From Candidatus Poribacteria bacterium (GTDB lineage Bacteria > Poribacteria > WGA-4E > WGA-3G): DNA of 64,000 bases. Position 1 is the stretch's first letter; each line of letters begins with the position of its first letter. The translations under genes were made by a program, and so were the position numbers. Shown here piece by piece: positions 27,410-37,748 of this stretch. The stretch spans positions 128,001 to 192,000 of the forward strand of contig CAXXLX010000001.1 of the NCBI GenBank assembly GCA_963665235.2, read 5' to 3'. The notes under the pieces were generated by a model. That model was not told the origin of the DNA, did no database searches, and saw nothing but the letters and a program-made list of their open reading frames with translations.

Positions 27410-28468
27410 CTATGTCAGATCGGTGAGTTGGGGCATGACTTCATTCTTGAGGAGTTCCATGGAATGTAGCCACTGTTCCTTCGGCTCCCATTCGTGTCCC
27501 ATGGCAAGCAACACCCCGAATCCGCCGACCTCCTCATAGAGTTGGCGTAAACGGTTCGCAACATGGTCCGGACTACCAACAATCCACAACGTGTCAAGTA
27601 AAACCTCTAGACAGGTTTCTACGTCCGGAATATCAGGGTTCATCTTAAATCTCTCCCATCCGAAGAGTTTGAACCAATACTCCCGGAAATCGCGGCCGAG
27701 TGTACCTTCTATGGCCTCTTTACGCGCCTGTTCGGTCGTGTCGGCGACGTACACTTCGCGTGCAATACGCCATGTAGAACGAGACGGTGAGAGGCCCGTC
27801 TTTTGTGCTCCCTCCGCTACCGCATCCCAATGCGTTTTAATGACCGAGACGGGGGCAAGGTTGATGCTCATCGGAATCCACCCGCGTTCGCCCGCGAGAA
27901 TAAGGGTACTTGATTTGGTAGAAGAGCCAGCGAGGGCAATCGGCGGGTGCGGTTTTTGATACGGCTTCATGTGAACACTGACGATATCTGGGTTTCCGCT
28001 CGGTATTTTAAATTCCCAAAAATCGCTTTTGTAATGACCGGGCACCGGATCGGTCCAAAGCTTGAGTACCGCGTCAATTCCTTCTTGCGTTGACTGTCGT
28101 CTATCGCCTTGTGCCATGAACATTTCGGCATCGCTGGGTGTAGAACTTGAGCCGACCCCCCAGTGAAAACGGCCATGGGCGAGATGGTCTAACTGTGCGA
28201 TGCGATGTGCGACGACAGCCGGATTGTGAATCGGCATACACGTAATACCTGTCCCGAAGATAATGTTCTGTGTCATGGCAATCGCTTTTGCAATAAAAAG
28301 GTCAGGACATGGAATATTTTCCCATGTAAACGTAAAATGTTCGCCAATATAAGCTTCGCTATAGCCCAGCTCGTCCAGTACTACCATCTGCTCAAGGTCG
28401 GCATCGAGCGTTTTGGTGGTGTCGCTACCGGGTGGGTGCAAAGGCATTGTGAAAAAACCGAGTTCCAT
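27410..28468 (-). CDS. LLM-class flavin-dependent oxidoreductase (luciferase-like monooxygenase)
   Basis: GFFTMPLHP, IGEHF, RIAQLDHLAHGRFHWGVG, PYQKPHPPIA, IVGSPDHV. Confidence 0.92.
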   Translation of the reverse strand: MELGFFTMPLHPPGSDTTKTLDADLEQMVVLDELGYSEAYIGEHFTFTWENIPCPDLFIAKAIAMTQNIIFGTGITCMPIHNPAVVAHRIAQLDHLAHGRFHWGVGSSSTPSDAEMFMAQGDRRQSTQEGIDAVLKLWTDPVPGHYKSDFWEFKIPSGNPDIVSVHMKPYQKPHPPIALAGSSTKSSTLILAGERGWIPMSINLAPVSVIKTHWDAVAEGAQKTGLSPSRSTWRIAREVYVADTTEQARKEAIEGTLGRDFREYWFKLFGWERFKMNPDIPDVETCLEVLLDTLWIVGSPDHVANRLRQLYEEVGGFGVLLAMGHEWEPKEQWLHSMELLKNEVMPQLTDLT

Positions 28469-28692
28469 GAAAAACTCCTATGTGTATCCCGAACGAATCG
28501 GGGTAGGATGCTGGTCCAATTTTCGCTAACGAACGTCAGGATAGTCACGTGTGTCCGCGTCACTTTAAAGAACGTGACAACATCTAGTAAATGTGTTATT
28601 ATTTTTAAGAAGACATTAAGATTTTGGGTTAAACGTTACCACAAACCCGAATATTTTTCAAACATTTTACGTAAAAAGGAAGACAGATATTT

Positions 28693-29883
28693 ATGAGAAT
28701 GAAAATTTTTACGCTAACTTCACTTGTTCTGCTCTGCGTTCTAGGGACATGTTTATCAGGGTGCGAACGAATGCAGCAAATGCCTCCGCCAGACACCGAG
28801 GTGCCGGCGAAGTTAAAAATCGGTGTCATCCAGTCATCACATAGCTACACAACTTTTAGTCAAGGTGCCGAAACCGCACGTGCTCAAATCAATGAAAATG
28901 GTGGGATACTCGGCATGGAGGTGGTGTTTATCACTCGAAATAATCAACCCGTAGCAGATGAACTGCCGATACCAGAAGCAAGCATCAACGCAGCAAAAGA
29001 GCTGATTGAGATGGAAAACGTATTTGCCCTTCTCGGTCCTGTTCGTTCAACCATGGCAATTGAGGTAGGTCCAATTGCACAGCAGGCACAGCGACTCATG
29101 CTTCCCGGCTCAAGCGGCTCAAATGTGCCAGAATCTGGAGATTATATATTTCTCATCACAGTCCCAAACCCATTTCAAGGAGAGGTGATGGCAAATTTCG
29201 CGATGAATCCGGACGAGCTCAATGCTAAAACTGCAGCAACTGTTTATGAAGCAGATGACAACTACTCCATTGACCTTGTCCAAGCGTTTGAGACAGCTTT
29301 TAAGGAAATCGGCGGTCAAATCGTTCACAGCGGCTTATATCCTGCAGGTGAGACTACCTTCACAGCACTGATTAAGGAAATTCAGGAGTTGGACGTTACC
29401 CCTGATGTTATCTTCTGTCCCGGGACTCAGCCAGAAGTACCACGTTTGATTGAGAAAGCACGACAAGCGGGTATCAAAGCAACTTTTCTCGGTGGTAGTG
29501 CATGGGATGACAGAGAACGGTTCCTTGGTATTTTAGACGATAGTACTGCGTTAGATGGCAGTTATTATCCGACCAATTTTTCTGTGGCGACCCCGGACCC
29601 GGATGTTCAGGAATTCGTGACAGATTATACGGCACTCTTCGGCAGTCCGCCCGATGGCATTGCTGCTTCGGGGTATGATGCGATGCGCCTCTTGGCACGC
29701 GCGATAGAGACCGCGGGTTCGCTTGACCCTGTTGCGGTCCGAGATGCGTTCGCTGCTGTTAGTGATTACAAAGGGGCTACAGCGATTTCGCGTTACGACG
29801 AAAATCGGCATCCTGTCAAAAGTCTTGCAATTCAGGTAATTCGTGGTGGACAGGTTGAACACTATAAAGTTGTGGAACCGTAG
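28693..29883 (+). CDS. LivJ-like ABC substrate-binding lipoprotein (orphan)
   Basis: Lipobox LSGC, INENGGILG, GYDAMRLLARAI, YKGAT. No adjacent permease. Confidence 0.88.
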   Translation: MRMKIFTLTSLVLLCVLGTCLSGCERMQQMPPPDTEVPAKLKIGVIQSSHSYTTFSQGAETARAQINENGGILGMEVVFITRNNQPVADELPIPEASINAAKELIEMENVFALLGPVRSTMAIEVGPIAQQAQRLMLPGSSGSNVPESGDYIFLITVPNPFQGEVMANFAMNPDELNAKTAATVYEADDNYSIDLVQAFETAFKEIGGQIVHSGLYPAGETTFTALIKEIQELDVTPDVIFCPGTQPEVPRLIEKARQAGIKATFLGGSAWDDRERFLGILDDSTALDGSYYPTNFSVATPDPDVQEFVTDYTALFGSPPDGIAASGYDAMRLLARAIETAGSLDPVAVRDAFAAVSDYKGATAISRYDENRHPVKSLAIQVIRGGQVEHYKVVEP

Positions 29884-29977
29884 GACAAAATTGTGCGGGC
29901 AGATGTTGTTTAATCTGCCCACTTCTTTGGAAACATTTTGTTTATATGGCATGTTCTCGACAAATGGGGGAAGCGAA

Positions 29978-30229
29978 TTGAGTTACAAGATTAAAATTTT
30001 CTATGACCGAGAGGCTGATGTCCTCTATGTAACACAGGGTAATCCTGAACACACGGACTACGTCGAATACGGTGAGGATGTCCTTCTACGTTTCCATCCA
30101 GAGACGAAGAGGTTAGTTGGATTCACCCTTATTGATTTTTCACACCACTTTGCTAACAAAGAATCGGGCATCTCGCTCCCCTTTAATGTTGATTTTCAGA
30201 TGTCTGACACGGTAGAGCTATTTTATTGA
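29978..30229 (+). CDS. DUF2283-like small protein
   Basis: IFYDREADVLYV...LRFHPETKRLVGFTLIDFS. TTG start inferred. Confidence 0.7.
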   Translation: MSYKIKIFYDREADVLYVTQGNPEHTDYVEYGEDVLLRFHPETKRLVGFTLIDFSHHFANKESGISLPFNVDFQMSDTVELFY

Positions 30230-30267
30230 GCTCGTCCCTACAGAGAAATTAGAGGAGACCACTTATT

Positions 30268-31323
30268 ATGGCAAATCAATTGATTCAACTCGGTGTCATT
30301 GGATGCGGATGGGCAGGCTGTCGCGCTATAGAATCTGCCAACGCCACCTCTCGACTGAACGTCATCGCAATTGCTGAACGTGACCCAGTACGCTTGGCAC
30401 AGGCAGGCGATGACAACGCGGTACCGCACCGCTACGCTGACTATCATGAACTTCTGGACAATCCCGACGTTGACGCTGTCTATCTCGCGACCTCTCCGGA
30501 TGGCAGGCTGCAACAGGTGTTGGATACACTCGGGGCGGGTAAGCATGTCTTGGTACAAAAACCGCACGCTATCCGCGCCCCCGAAATTTTAGAGATGGAG
30601 GCGGCAGCACAAAAAGCTGAGAAAACACTTCAATTCTGCTACTTTATGCGCCATTTTCCAAACAACCGCCAAATTCGGCACGTTGTTTTGAACGGGGCAA
30701 TTGGTGACCTGTATCACGCCCGCGTTTTTGGGAAATTTAATTCTATTCCACCTTTTAATGATAATAGTCGCTGGCTGCATGTCTATGGACAGAAAGGCGG
30801 TTCATTAGGGCAGCATTACTCACATGAACTCAATCTGACATGGTGGTGGATGGGATGTCCGAAACCTGAGTGGGCATTTGCGGCGAAGCACGTGCTTTAC
30901 CCCCAATATGACGGACCGGAAGGCGCAGCGGAGGACTATTTGACCGGTATCCTCGGATGTGAAGGCGGAAAAACTATCCAAATAGATTGTTCTCGGATGA
31001 GTCATTCGGATTCGGGAAGTGTTGTTGAACTCTACGGTACGACTGGTGCCATCACGAATGGCGGTATATCAAGATTCAAAGATGGTGGATTTGTCCGGGA
31101 AGCCGTTGATGCCCCAACGGAAATTGACCATGGGGCGTTGCCTGAAAATGTGCCGGTTTTTTTCTATGAGCTCAATCACTTCGCTATGGCGATTGCGGGG
31201 GAGGTTGCGCCGGATGTTGATGCGTCTGATGCGTATACTTTTATGCAGATTTTGGATGCGTTTTATGATAGCGCGAAGAGTGGGGAGAAGGTTTTTATTG
31301 GTTCTGGCTCATGTAAAGAATAA
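30268..31323 (+). CDS. Gfo/Idh/MocA-family oxidoreductase
   Basis: GVIGCGWAG, DVDAVYLAT, GKHVLVQKP, ELYGTTG. Confidence 0.9.
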   Translation: MANQLIQLGVIGCGWAGCRAIESANATSRLNVIAIAERDPVRLAQAGDDNAVPHRYADYHELLDNPDVDAVYLATSPDGRLQQVLDTLGAGKHVLVQKPHAIRAPEILEMEAAAQKAEKTLQFCYFMRHFPNNRQIRHVVLNGAIGDLYHARVFGKFNSIPPFNDNSRWLHVYGQKGGSLGQHYSHELNLTWWWMGCPKPEWAFAAKHVLYPQYDGPEGAAEDYLTGILGCEGGKTIQIDCSRMSHSDSGSVVELYGTTGAITNGGISRFKDGGFVREAVDAPTEIDHGALPENVPVFFYELNHFAMAIAGEVAPDVDASDAYTFMQILDAFYDSAKSGEKVFIGSGSCKE

Positions 31324-31454
31324 GTGCATAAGAAAATTTAACCCTTGTGGCCATTGCGTTTATTAGAACGATCGCACACATCTTTAACATGAGCCTTGGT
31401 TCTTAGCGAGGAAAATAAAAAACACTTTGGATGGAGCCTTTTAGATATCTTTTC

Positions 31455-34025
31455 CTATTTCTGCCCGCTTACTTTGTTTAGTAATTCGATGAGATAGTTT
31501 GAAGGGATAGCGAAATTCAGATTCTGTCCGGTTGTTATTATTGACACTGCAACACCTATCACTTCACCCTTGCTGTTTAACACAGGACCACCGCTGCTGC
31601 CTTTGGAAATAGGTGCTGTAATCTGGATACGTTCACTACCAACCTGGAACTCGCGTACACCACTTACAATGCCATTTGAAAATGTTCCTTCTAAAAACCC
31701 TATTGGATTACCTGCTACGTAAACAGATTCACCTATTTGCACTTTGTCGCTTTTGCCAAGAGAAAGGGCAGGTGCACCAACATCCGAAACCCTAATAATT
31801 GCTAAATCTTGTCGCGAGTCCATGGCAACGATGCCTTCTATGCGATGTGTTCTATCCATCCCAACCCGCTTGACATATCCTCTGAGAACCCCTTCAACAA
31901 CGTGTAGATTAGTGGCAATTGTATCGCGCGTAACGAAAAATCCACTCCCAATATTCAGGGGCTGTCCATTTCGATCTTCCATAACGATGAGGACAGTAGA
32001 TGCTAATGCGATTTTGGCGATTTGCTGAGGAGTTTGTTGAACAACATTCCGGACGAGCACAAGTGGCTGCTGTGGAATCTGTGAGGCAAGGACGCGCGTA
32101 TCCCATAAAAGAATGGTTCCACCATAAGCAGTAGCAAAAGTTTTTCCATCTGGTGAATATCCCGGTGTGATGTTTCTTAAATGCTGTTTTAGAATGATTT
32201 TGCGTTTTCTCATGTCTGCATCCCAGAAATGTCCTTCGCCAATAGCACTTGCTGTTGCGATTGTATTTCCATCGGGAGAATACACAAGAGAACTATACCT
32301 TTTTAGAACATTTTTTTCTTTTCCAGTGTCAGCGTTCCATAAACGTACCTCGCCTTCGCCTGTGCCACTTGCTGTTATGATAGTATTTCCATCGGGAGAG
32401 TAGGCAACGAATGTGATATTTTTCGTATGTCCCTTTAAAGTATTTTTATGTTTTTCTGTGTGTGCATCCCATAAATATACTGCGTTCTGACTTGCAGACG
32501 CAATAGTATTTCCATCGGGAGAGTAGGCAACGAATGTGATACTTTCCGCATGTTGCAGCTCTCCATCCCTCCAATCGCCATTGGTATTTTGAAGCTTTCC
32601 TGTGTCTGTATCCCAAAGAAATACCTCGCTCCCAATTGCGGTAGCGATAGTTTTTCCATCGGGAGAATACGCTACAGAAGATATCCAATTTGTATCTCCT
32701 TTTAGAGTAGTTTCGTGTTGTTTTCCTGTGCCTACATCCCAGAAATGTACCTCGCTCCCAATTGCGGTAGCGATAGTTTTTCCATCGGGAGAATATGTAA
32801 GCGACTTGACAAAACCAAAGGAATCATAATCTTTAAAAAAATCTTTTTTGCGTGCACCTGTAACTGCATCCCACAAAATTACAATACCATCATATGAATG
32901 TCTAGCAAGCGGATTTTCAATTGCGGTAGCGATAGTTTTTCCATCAGGAGAATACACAACTAAATCAGAAATAGGCATATGTTCTTTTAACGTACCAGTG
33001 TGTCTTCCTGTTTCTGCATCCCATAAACGCACCTCGCTCTGGCTTGCGGTAGCGATAGTTTTTCCATCGGGAGAATACGCAATGGAATCGACATAACCCC
33101 ACAATCCATATAAGTGTCCTTCTAACGTGTTTTTGTTTTTTCTTGTGCTGGCGTTATGCAAATGTGCTCTGCTTCCACTTGCAACTGCAAGTGTAGTACC
33201 GTCCGGAGAATACACAATAGAATGAATCCAGTGTGTATACCCTTTTAGAGTAGCTTTGTGTTTTCCGGTGACAGTATCCCATAAACGTCCCTTGCGATCG
33301 GCTCCTCCAGTAGCGAGAGTTTTTCCATCAGGCGAATACGCAACAGAATAGATATCGTCTGTATGCCCTTTTAGAGTAGCTTTGTGTTTTCCGGTGACAG
33401 CATCCCATAAATGCGCCTCTGTCCCACCTGCAGTAGTAATAGTTTTTCCATCTGGTGAATACGCAATGGAATTAATCACGCCGTGATCGTCTTTTAGAGT
33501 GGTTTTGTGTTTTCCGGTGACAGCATCCCATAAATGCGCCTCTGTCCCACCTGCAGTAGTAATAGTTTTTCCATCTGGTGAATACGCAATGGAATTAATC
33601 AGAAAGAAATCATCCTTTGTAGCCGCTATGAGTCTCGTTTTATATTCTCCTGTGTTTGTATTCCATAGATGTACATCTGTCCAATTTGCAGCTGCGAGTG
33701 TCATTCCATCAGGTGAGTACGCAATAGAAATTGCAGACCCCACATCCTCTATAAGCAGATCAAGTTCTTCGCCTGTGTGAGCGTCGTAGATCCAGATACC
33801 AATGGAACTACTTACAGCAAGTCGACTGCCATCTGGAGAGTACGCGATATTACTGGTTATGGTCCCTTTACCGATGCGTGCTGTAGCACCTGCGGGTAAA
33901 CCCAATTGCGTATAATCTGATAGAGATACATTTGGCAAGAACAACATGGAAGCACAAAATAGGGTGATTAGAAACAAACACTTCATTTTCATACAATAAA
34001 ACTCCATCATACAATAAAACTCCAT
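31455..34025 (-). CDS. Secreted WD40-repeat protein with C-terminal trypsin-like (HtrA-type) serine protease
   Basis: Signal peptide, about 14 YSPDG..IATA..LWD repeats, catalytic triad TNLHV / DLAII / ISKGSSGGPV. Confidence 0.92.
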   Translation of the reverse strand: MEFYCMMEFYCMKMKCLFLITLFCASMLFLPNVSLSDYTQLGLPAGATARIGKGTITSNIAYSPDGSRLAVSSSIGIWIYDAHTGEELDLLIEDVGSAISIAYSPDGMTLAAANWTDVHLWNTNTGEYKTRLIAATKDDFFLINSIAYSPDGKTITTAGGTEAHLWDAVTGKHKTTLKDDHGVINSIAYSPDGKTITTAGGTEAHLWDAVTGKHKATLKGHTDDIYSVAYSPDGKTLATGGADRKGRLWDTVTGKHKATLKGYTHWIHSIVYSPDGTTLAVASGSRAHLHNASTRKNKNTLEGHLYGLWGYVDSIAYSPDGKTIATASQSEVRLWDAETGRHTGTLKEHMPISDLVVYSPDGKTIATAIENPLARHSYDGIVILWDAVTGARKKDFFKDYDSFGFVKSLTYSPDGKTIATAIGSEVHFWDVGTGKQHETTLKGDTNWISSVAYSPDGKTIATAIGSEVFLWDTDTGKLQNTNGDWRDGELQHAESITFVAYSPDGNTIASASQNAVYLWDAHTEKHKNTLKGHTKNITFVAYSPDGNTIITASGTGEGEVRLWNADTGKEKNVLKRYSSLVYSPDGNTIATASAIGEGHFWDADMRKRKIILKQHLRNITPGYSPDGKTFATAYGGTILLWDTRVLASQIPQQPLVLVRNVVQQTPQQIAKIALASTVLIVMEDRNGQPLNIGSGFFVTRDTIATNLHVVEGVLRGYVKRVGMDRTHRIEGIVAMDSRQDLAIIRVSDVGAPALSLGKSDKVQIGESVYVAGNPIGFLEGTFSNGIVSGVREFQVGSERIQITAPISKGSSGGPVLNSKGEVIGVAVSIITTGQNLNFAIPSNYLIELLNKVSGQK

Positions 34026-34142
34026 TAGGTTAGTAAGTTCATTGACACGCTGACAACACTTCGTAGATACATGCTAACATATCTCAACACAAAAATCAAA
34101 CCGTTTTTTAGAATTTCTCTGTCTTCTGTCTGTGGAATTCGC

Positions 34143-34171
34143 TTGACACCCTCTGCAAAACATGTTATCAT
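34143..34171 (+). promoter_or_regulatory. Sigma70-type promoter for the trypsin-TPR gene
   Basis: TTGACA-17-TATCAT. Confidence 0.6.
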
Positions 34172-34241
34172 GTTGCTAACAAAATATTCAATTTGCGCGA
34201 CAAACTATCTTCGCAACGACAGAGATAAAAAGGAGCATTTT

Positions 34242-36266
34242 ATGAAACACAAAGGCACAATAAACACCACCCCTACCCAGGCCGCTATGCTTGGCGAAGA
34301 TATTGCCGAAAAAGCACTAGCAGCGACGGTGTACCTGGAGATGCAGGATGAAAATGGCGAAACCTTGGGCAGCGGCAGCGGCTTCTTTGTGAAACCCAAC
34401 CTTATTGCTACCAACTATCATGTGATTGAAGGGGCAGCGAAAGGCACCGCAAAGTTGGTAGGTAAGGATGGGACATACAGCATTGAAGGCGTTACAGCAA
34501 CTGACAAAGACAACGACCTTGCACTCCTAAAGGTAACGGCACCCGGTATCAAACCGCTTTCTCTCGGAGATAGCGATACTGTCCGGATTGGTGAGATGGT
34601 TTACGTTGCAGGTAACCCGAAAGGTTTAGAAGGCACGTTCTCAGATGGACTTATTAGTAACCGCAGAGATGAGAACACAAATGAGCGATTGCAGATGACT
34701 GCACCGATTTCTAAGGGCAGCAGTGGCGGCCCTGTGCTAAACCGTAAGGGGGAAGTTATTGGCGTGTCCGTTTCTGTTCACCGCGCTTTGGATGCCCAGA
34801 ATCTCAACTTTGCAATCCCAGCAAAATATCTCAAGGAACTGTTGAAACAGGAGAAGCCAGCAAAACCTTTCCCACAAACTATATCTGCCCAGACCTACTT
34901 TCAGCGGGGAAATCTGAAGTATTTATCAGGAGATTACGTAGGGGCCATTGCAGACTGGACTGAAGCTGTCCGGTTAAAACCTGATTTTGCCGAGGCATAC
35001 TACAATAGGGGATATGTGAAGGCTCAGTTAGGACAACATGTTTCTGCGATTGCGGATTATGACACCGCTATCAGACTAAAACCCGATCATGCTAAAGCAT
35101 ACAACAATAGAGGACTTGCGAAGTGGCGGTTAGGACAACCCTCTGCTGCGATTTCGGATTATGACACCGCCATCCGACTCAAACCAGATGATGCCATTGC
35201 ATACAACAATAGGGGAAATGCGAAGGCTGATGTAGGACAGCACGCTGCTGCGATTTCAGATTTTGACACCGCCATCCGACTCAAACCTGATTATGCCGAG
35301 GCATACAACAATAGGGGAGTTACGAAGTATCAGTTAGGACAACCCCCTGCTGCGATTTCGGATTATGACACCGCCATCCGACTCAAACCTGATTATGCCG
35401 AAGCATACAACAATAGGGGACTTGCGAAGGCTCAGTTAGGACAACCCTCTGCTGCGATTTCAGATTTTGACACCACTATCCGACTCAAACCCGATTTTGC
35501 CGATGCATACTACAACCGGGGAAATGCGAAGTATCAGTTAGGTCAACACTTTTCTGCGATTTCAGATTATGACACCGCTATCCGACTCAACCCGGATGAT
35601 GCCATTGCATACAACAATAGGGGAAATGCGAAGTGGCGGTTAGGTCAACACTTTTCTGCGATTTCAGATTATGACACCGCTATCCAGCTCAAACCTGATT
35701 ACGCCGAAGCATACTATAATCGGGGATTTGCGAAGGCTCAGTTAGGACAACTCCCTGCTGCGATTTCGGATTATGACACCGCCATCCGACTCAAACCTGA
35801 TTATGCCAAAGCATACATGAATAGGGGAATTGCAAAGGGACAGTTGGGACAGTCCTTTTCTGCGATTTCGGATTTTGATAGTGCCATCCAGCTCAAACCT
35901 GATTATGCCGAGGCATACTACAATCGGGGATTTGCAAAGGTTGGTTTAGAACAACCCTCTGCTGCGATTTCGGATTATGACACCGCCATCCGACTCAAAC
36001 CTGATTATGCCGAGGCATACATAAATAGCGGAGCAGCAAAGGTTTTATTAGGACAGCACCTTGCTGCGATTACGGATTATGACATCACTATCAGACTAAA
36101 ACCTGATAATGTTGAAGCATACTTCAATAGGGGAATTGCAAAGGTTTTATTAGGTCGTACGGAGGAAGCAAAGCAGGATATCCGCACGGCTCTGAGACTC
36201 GCTAAGCGAGCTGGGGATAAGAGTTTAGCAGATAAAATTGAAGAGTTCCTTCGTACTCTCAATTAA
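34242..36266 (+). CDS. Trypsin-like serine protease with 13 C-terminal TPR repeats
   Basis: ATG 34242 after AGGAG. Triad TNYHV / DLALL / ISKGSSGGPV. 34-aa repeats AEAYxNRG.AK..LGQ..AAISDYDTAIRLKPD. Confidence 0.93.
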   Translation: MKHKGTINTTPTQAAMLGEDIAEKALAATVYLEMQDENGETLGSGSGFFVKPNLIATNYHVIEGAAKGTAKLVGKDGTYSIEGVTATDKDNDLALLKVTAPGIKPLSLGDSDTVRIGEMVYVAGNPKGLEGTFSDGLISNRRDENTNERLQMTAPISKGSSGGPVLNRKGEVIGVSVSVHRALDAQNLNFAIPAKYLKELLKQEKPAKPFPQTISAQTYFQRGNLKYLSGDYVGAIADWTEAVRLKPDFAEAYYNRGYVKAQLGQHVSAIADYDTAIRLKPDHAKAYNNRGLAKWRLGQPSAAISDYDTAIRLKPDDAIAYNNRGNAKADVGQHAAAISDFDTAIRLKPDYAEAYNNRGVTKYQLGQPPAAISDYDTAIRLKPDYAEAYNNRGLAKAQLGQPSAAISDFDTTIRLKPDFADAYYNRGNAKYQLGQHFSAISDYDTAIRLNPDDAIAYNNRGNAKWRLGQHFSAISDYDTAIQLKPDYAEAYYNRGFAKAQLGQLPAAISDYDTAIRLKPDYAKAYMNRGIAKGQLGQSFSAISDFDSAIQLKPDYAEAYYNRGFAKVGLEQPSAAISDYDTAIRLKPDYAEAYINSGAAKVLLGQHLAAITDYDITIRLKPDNVEAYFNRGIAKVLLGRTEEAKQDIRTALRLAKRAGDKSLADKIEEFLRTLN

Positions 36267-36339
36267 CTGTCTGAATATTCGCGCTGTGTGTTATCTAAAC
36301 CAAACCAATAGCGAAAATACTGCCATCCGGATTCAGGCA

Positions 36340-36456
36340 AAAACGCTATGTCCTTAATCACAAAACCGTGATGAACATATATCTTAAAATCTGCGTCCTC
36401 CGTGATAATCCGCGATTTGCGGCGTACTCGTCCAAATGCGACGTGCATTCTGACAA
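36340..36456 (-). repeat. Copy of the composite dispersed repeat carrying the 32-bp insert
   Basis: Reverse complement: TTGTCAGAAT-GCACGTCGCATTTGGACGAGTACGCCGCAAAT-CGCGGATTATCACGGAGGACGCAGATTTTAAG, matching 1631-1676 and 1836-1875. Confidence 0.8.
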
Positions 36457-36589
36457 CTTCTGGCACTTCCCCTCTTCCCCCTATCCCTGTACACATCTTC
36501 CTAGAATTTAATAACGTTTGACAGAAACGTGTCTATCTGATACTCTAATAGTAAAACTGATACATTCCTAAATTTTGGGAGATATTTCT

Positions 36590-37627
36590 ATGTATAAAAG
36601 TGCGATGTTAGGGTGCGGCGGTCGTGCCCGTTCACATGCGAGCGCGTACCGGTTTGTCAAAGGCGGCAAAATCGGTGCTATATGCGACATGAACGAAGAC
36701 CTACTTAACCGTTTCGGTGATGACTTCGACATCTCTGCACGGTACACGGACCTAGACGAGATGCTTGAAAAGGAGAAACCAGATCTGCTTCATATTGTCA
36801 CAGCACCGGTGTTACGCGGAACGAACCAACGTATTCGGTATCCGCTGATGAAGCAAGCCTCCGACCACGGTGTGCCTGCAGCGATTGTGGAGAAACCGAT
36901 TGCCGTTGAAAGTGAAGATTGGAAACAGATAGCCGGGCTGGCTGAAGAGACCAATACCAAGTTCATTGTCAACACGCAACTCAACTTTCACCCGAAAAAC
37001 CTTGAACTCAAACGCGATGTAGCGGAGGGTAAAATTGGTGAACTTAAGTTTATCGACGCAAGCGCGCGAAGTACCCCCGTCGACCAGGGGCCACACGTCC
37101 TTCAATTAGTGTCGTCCTACATTGATAACTCACGTCCGACACGGGTATTAGGGCAAATTTCTGGGCGCGAGCATCTCGATTCAGCACAACCCTCTCCGAT
37201 GCATGCTGCTGGGCATGTGCTATATGAAAACGGACTTCACGTCTCTGTTGCATTTGGACAAGGCGTGGGTACGATGGCATCCGATAATCAAGGTATTTAT
37301 TGCCACAAACGTGTTTTTGTTGTCGGTACGAAAGGTTTTGTGCATTGGCGGTTCAGCAGCTGGGAACGCGCAACCCCCGAAGGCGGATACGAGGGCGGTC
37401 CTCTCAACTACGGGGAACAGGATACTGAAGCACAGGGAAATCTGACAGAGGCGGCTTTTGACTGGCTTGACGATGAAAACAACGTGCATCCAACGCATCT
37501 CAAACAATCCCTCGCTGAGTTTAACCTGCTCTTAGGTATGTACTATAGCGGGATAACTAACCAGATTATTGACCTACCCTTTGAACCTCCGGATGGGTTA
37601 ATGGATTCGCTCAGAGAGCAGCTGTAA
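36590..37627 (+). CDS. Gfo/Idh/MocA-family oxidoreductase, copy 1 of 3
   Basis: MYKSAMLGCGGRA, KEKPDLLHIVT, IVEKPIA. 345 aa from ATG 36590. Confidence 0.9.
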   Translation: MYKSAMLGCGGRARSHASAYRFVKGGKIGAICDMNEDLLNRFGDDFDISARYTDLDEMLEKEKPDLLHIVTAPVLRGTNQRIRYPLMKQASDHGVPAAIVEKPIAVESEDWKQIAGLAEETNTKFIVNTQLNFHPKNLELKRDVAEGKIGELKFIDASARSTPVDQGPHVLQLVSSYIDNSRPTRVLGQISGREHLDSAQPSPMHAAGHVLYENGLHVSVAFGQGVGTMASDNQGIYCHKRVFVVGTKGFVHWRFSSWERATPEGGYEGGPLNYGEQDTEAQGNLTEAAFDWLDDENNVHPTHLKQSLAEFNLLLGMYYSGITNQIIDLPFEPPDGLMDSLREQL

Positions 37628-37748
37628 CACAGCAAAACGGTGCGGTGGCGGCCCGATGGGTTGCCACCTGCGAATTGGACAGTTCTAAGTTTATGTGTTT
37701 TTGTCGGGTTCATTCAACTCGACCTACAAACTATAAGGAGACATTTCC

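Noticed and set aside
28470-28690. Riboswitch upstream of the LLM gene
   Set aside because: Hairpins (CCCGAACGAATCGGG; GTCACGT..ACGTGAC) are present, but no aptamer consensus was recognised.
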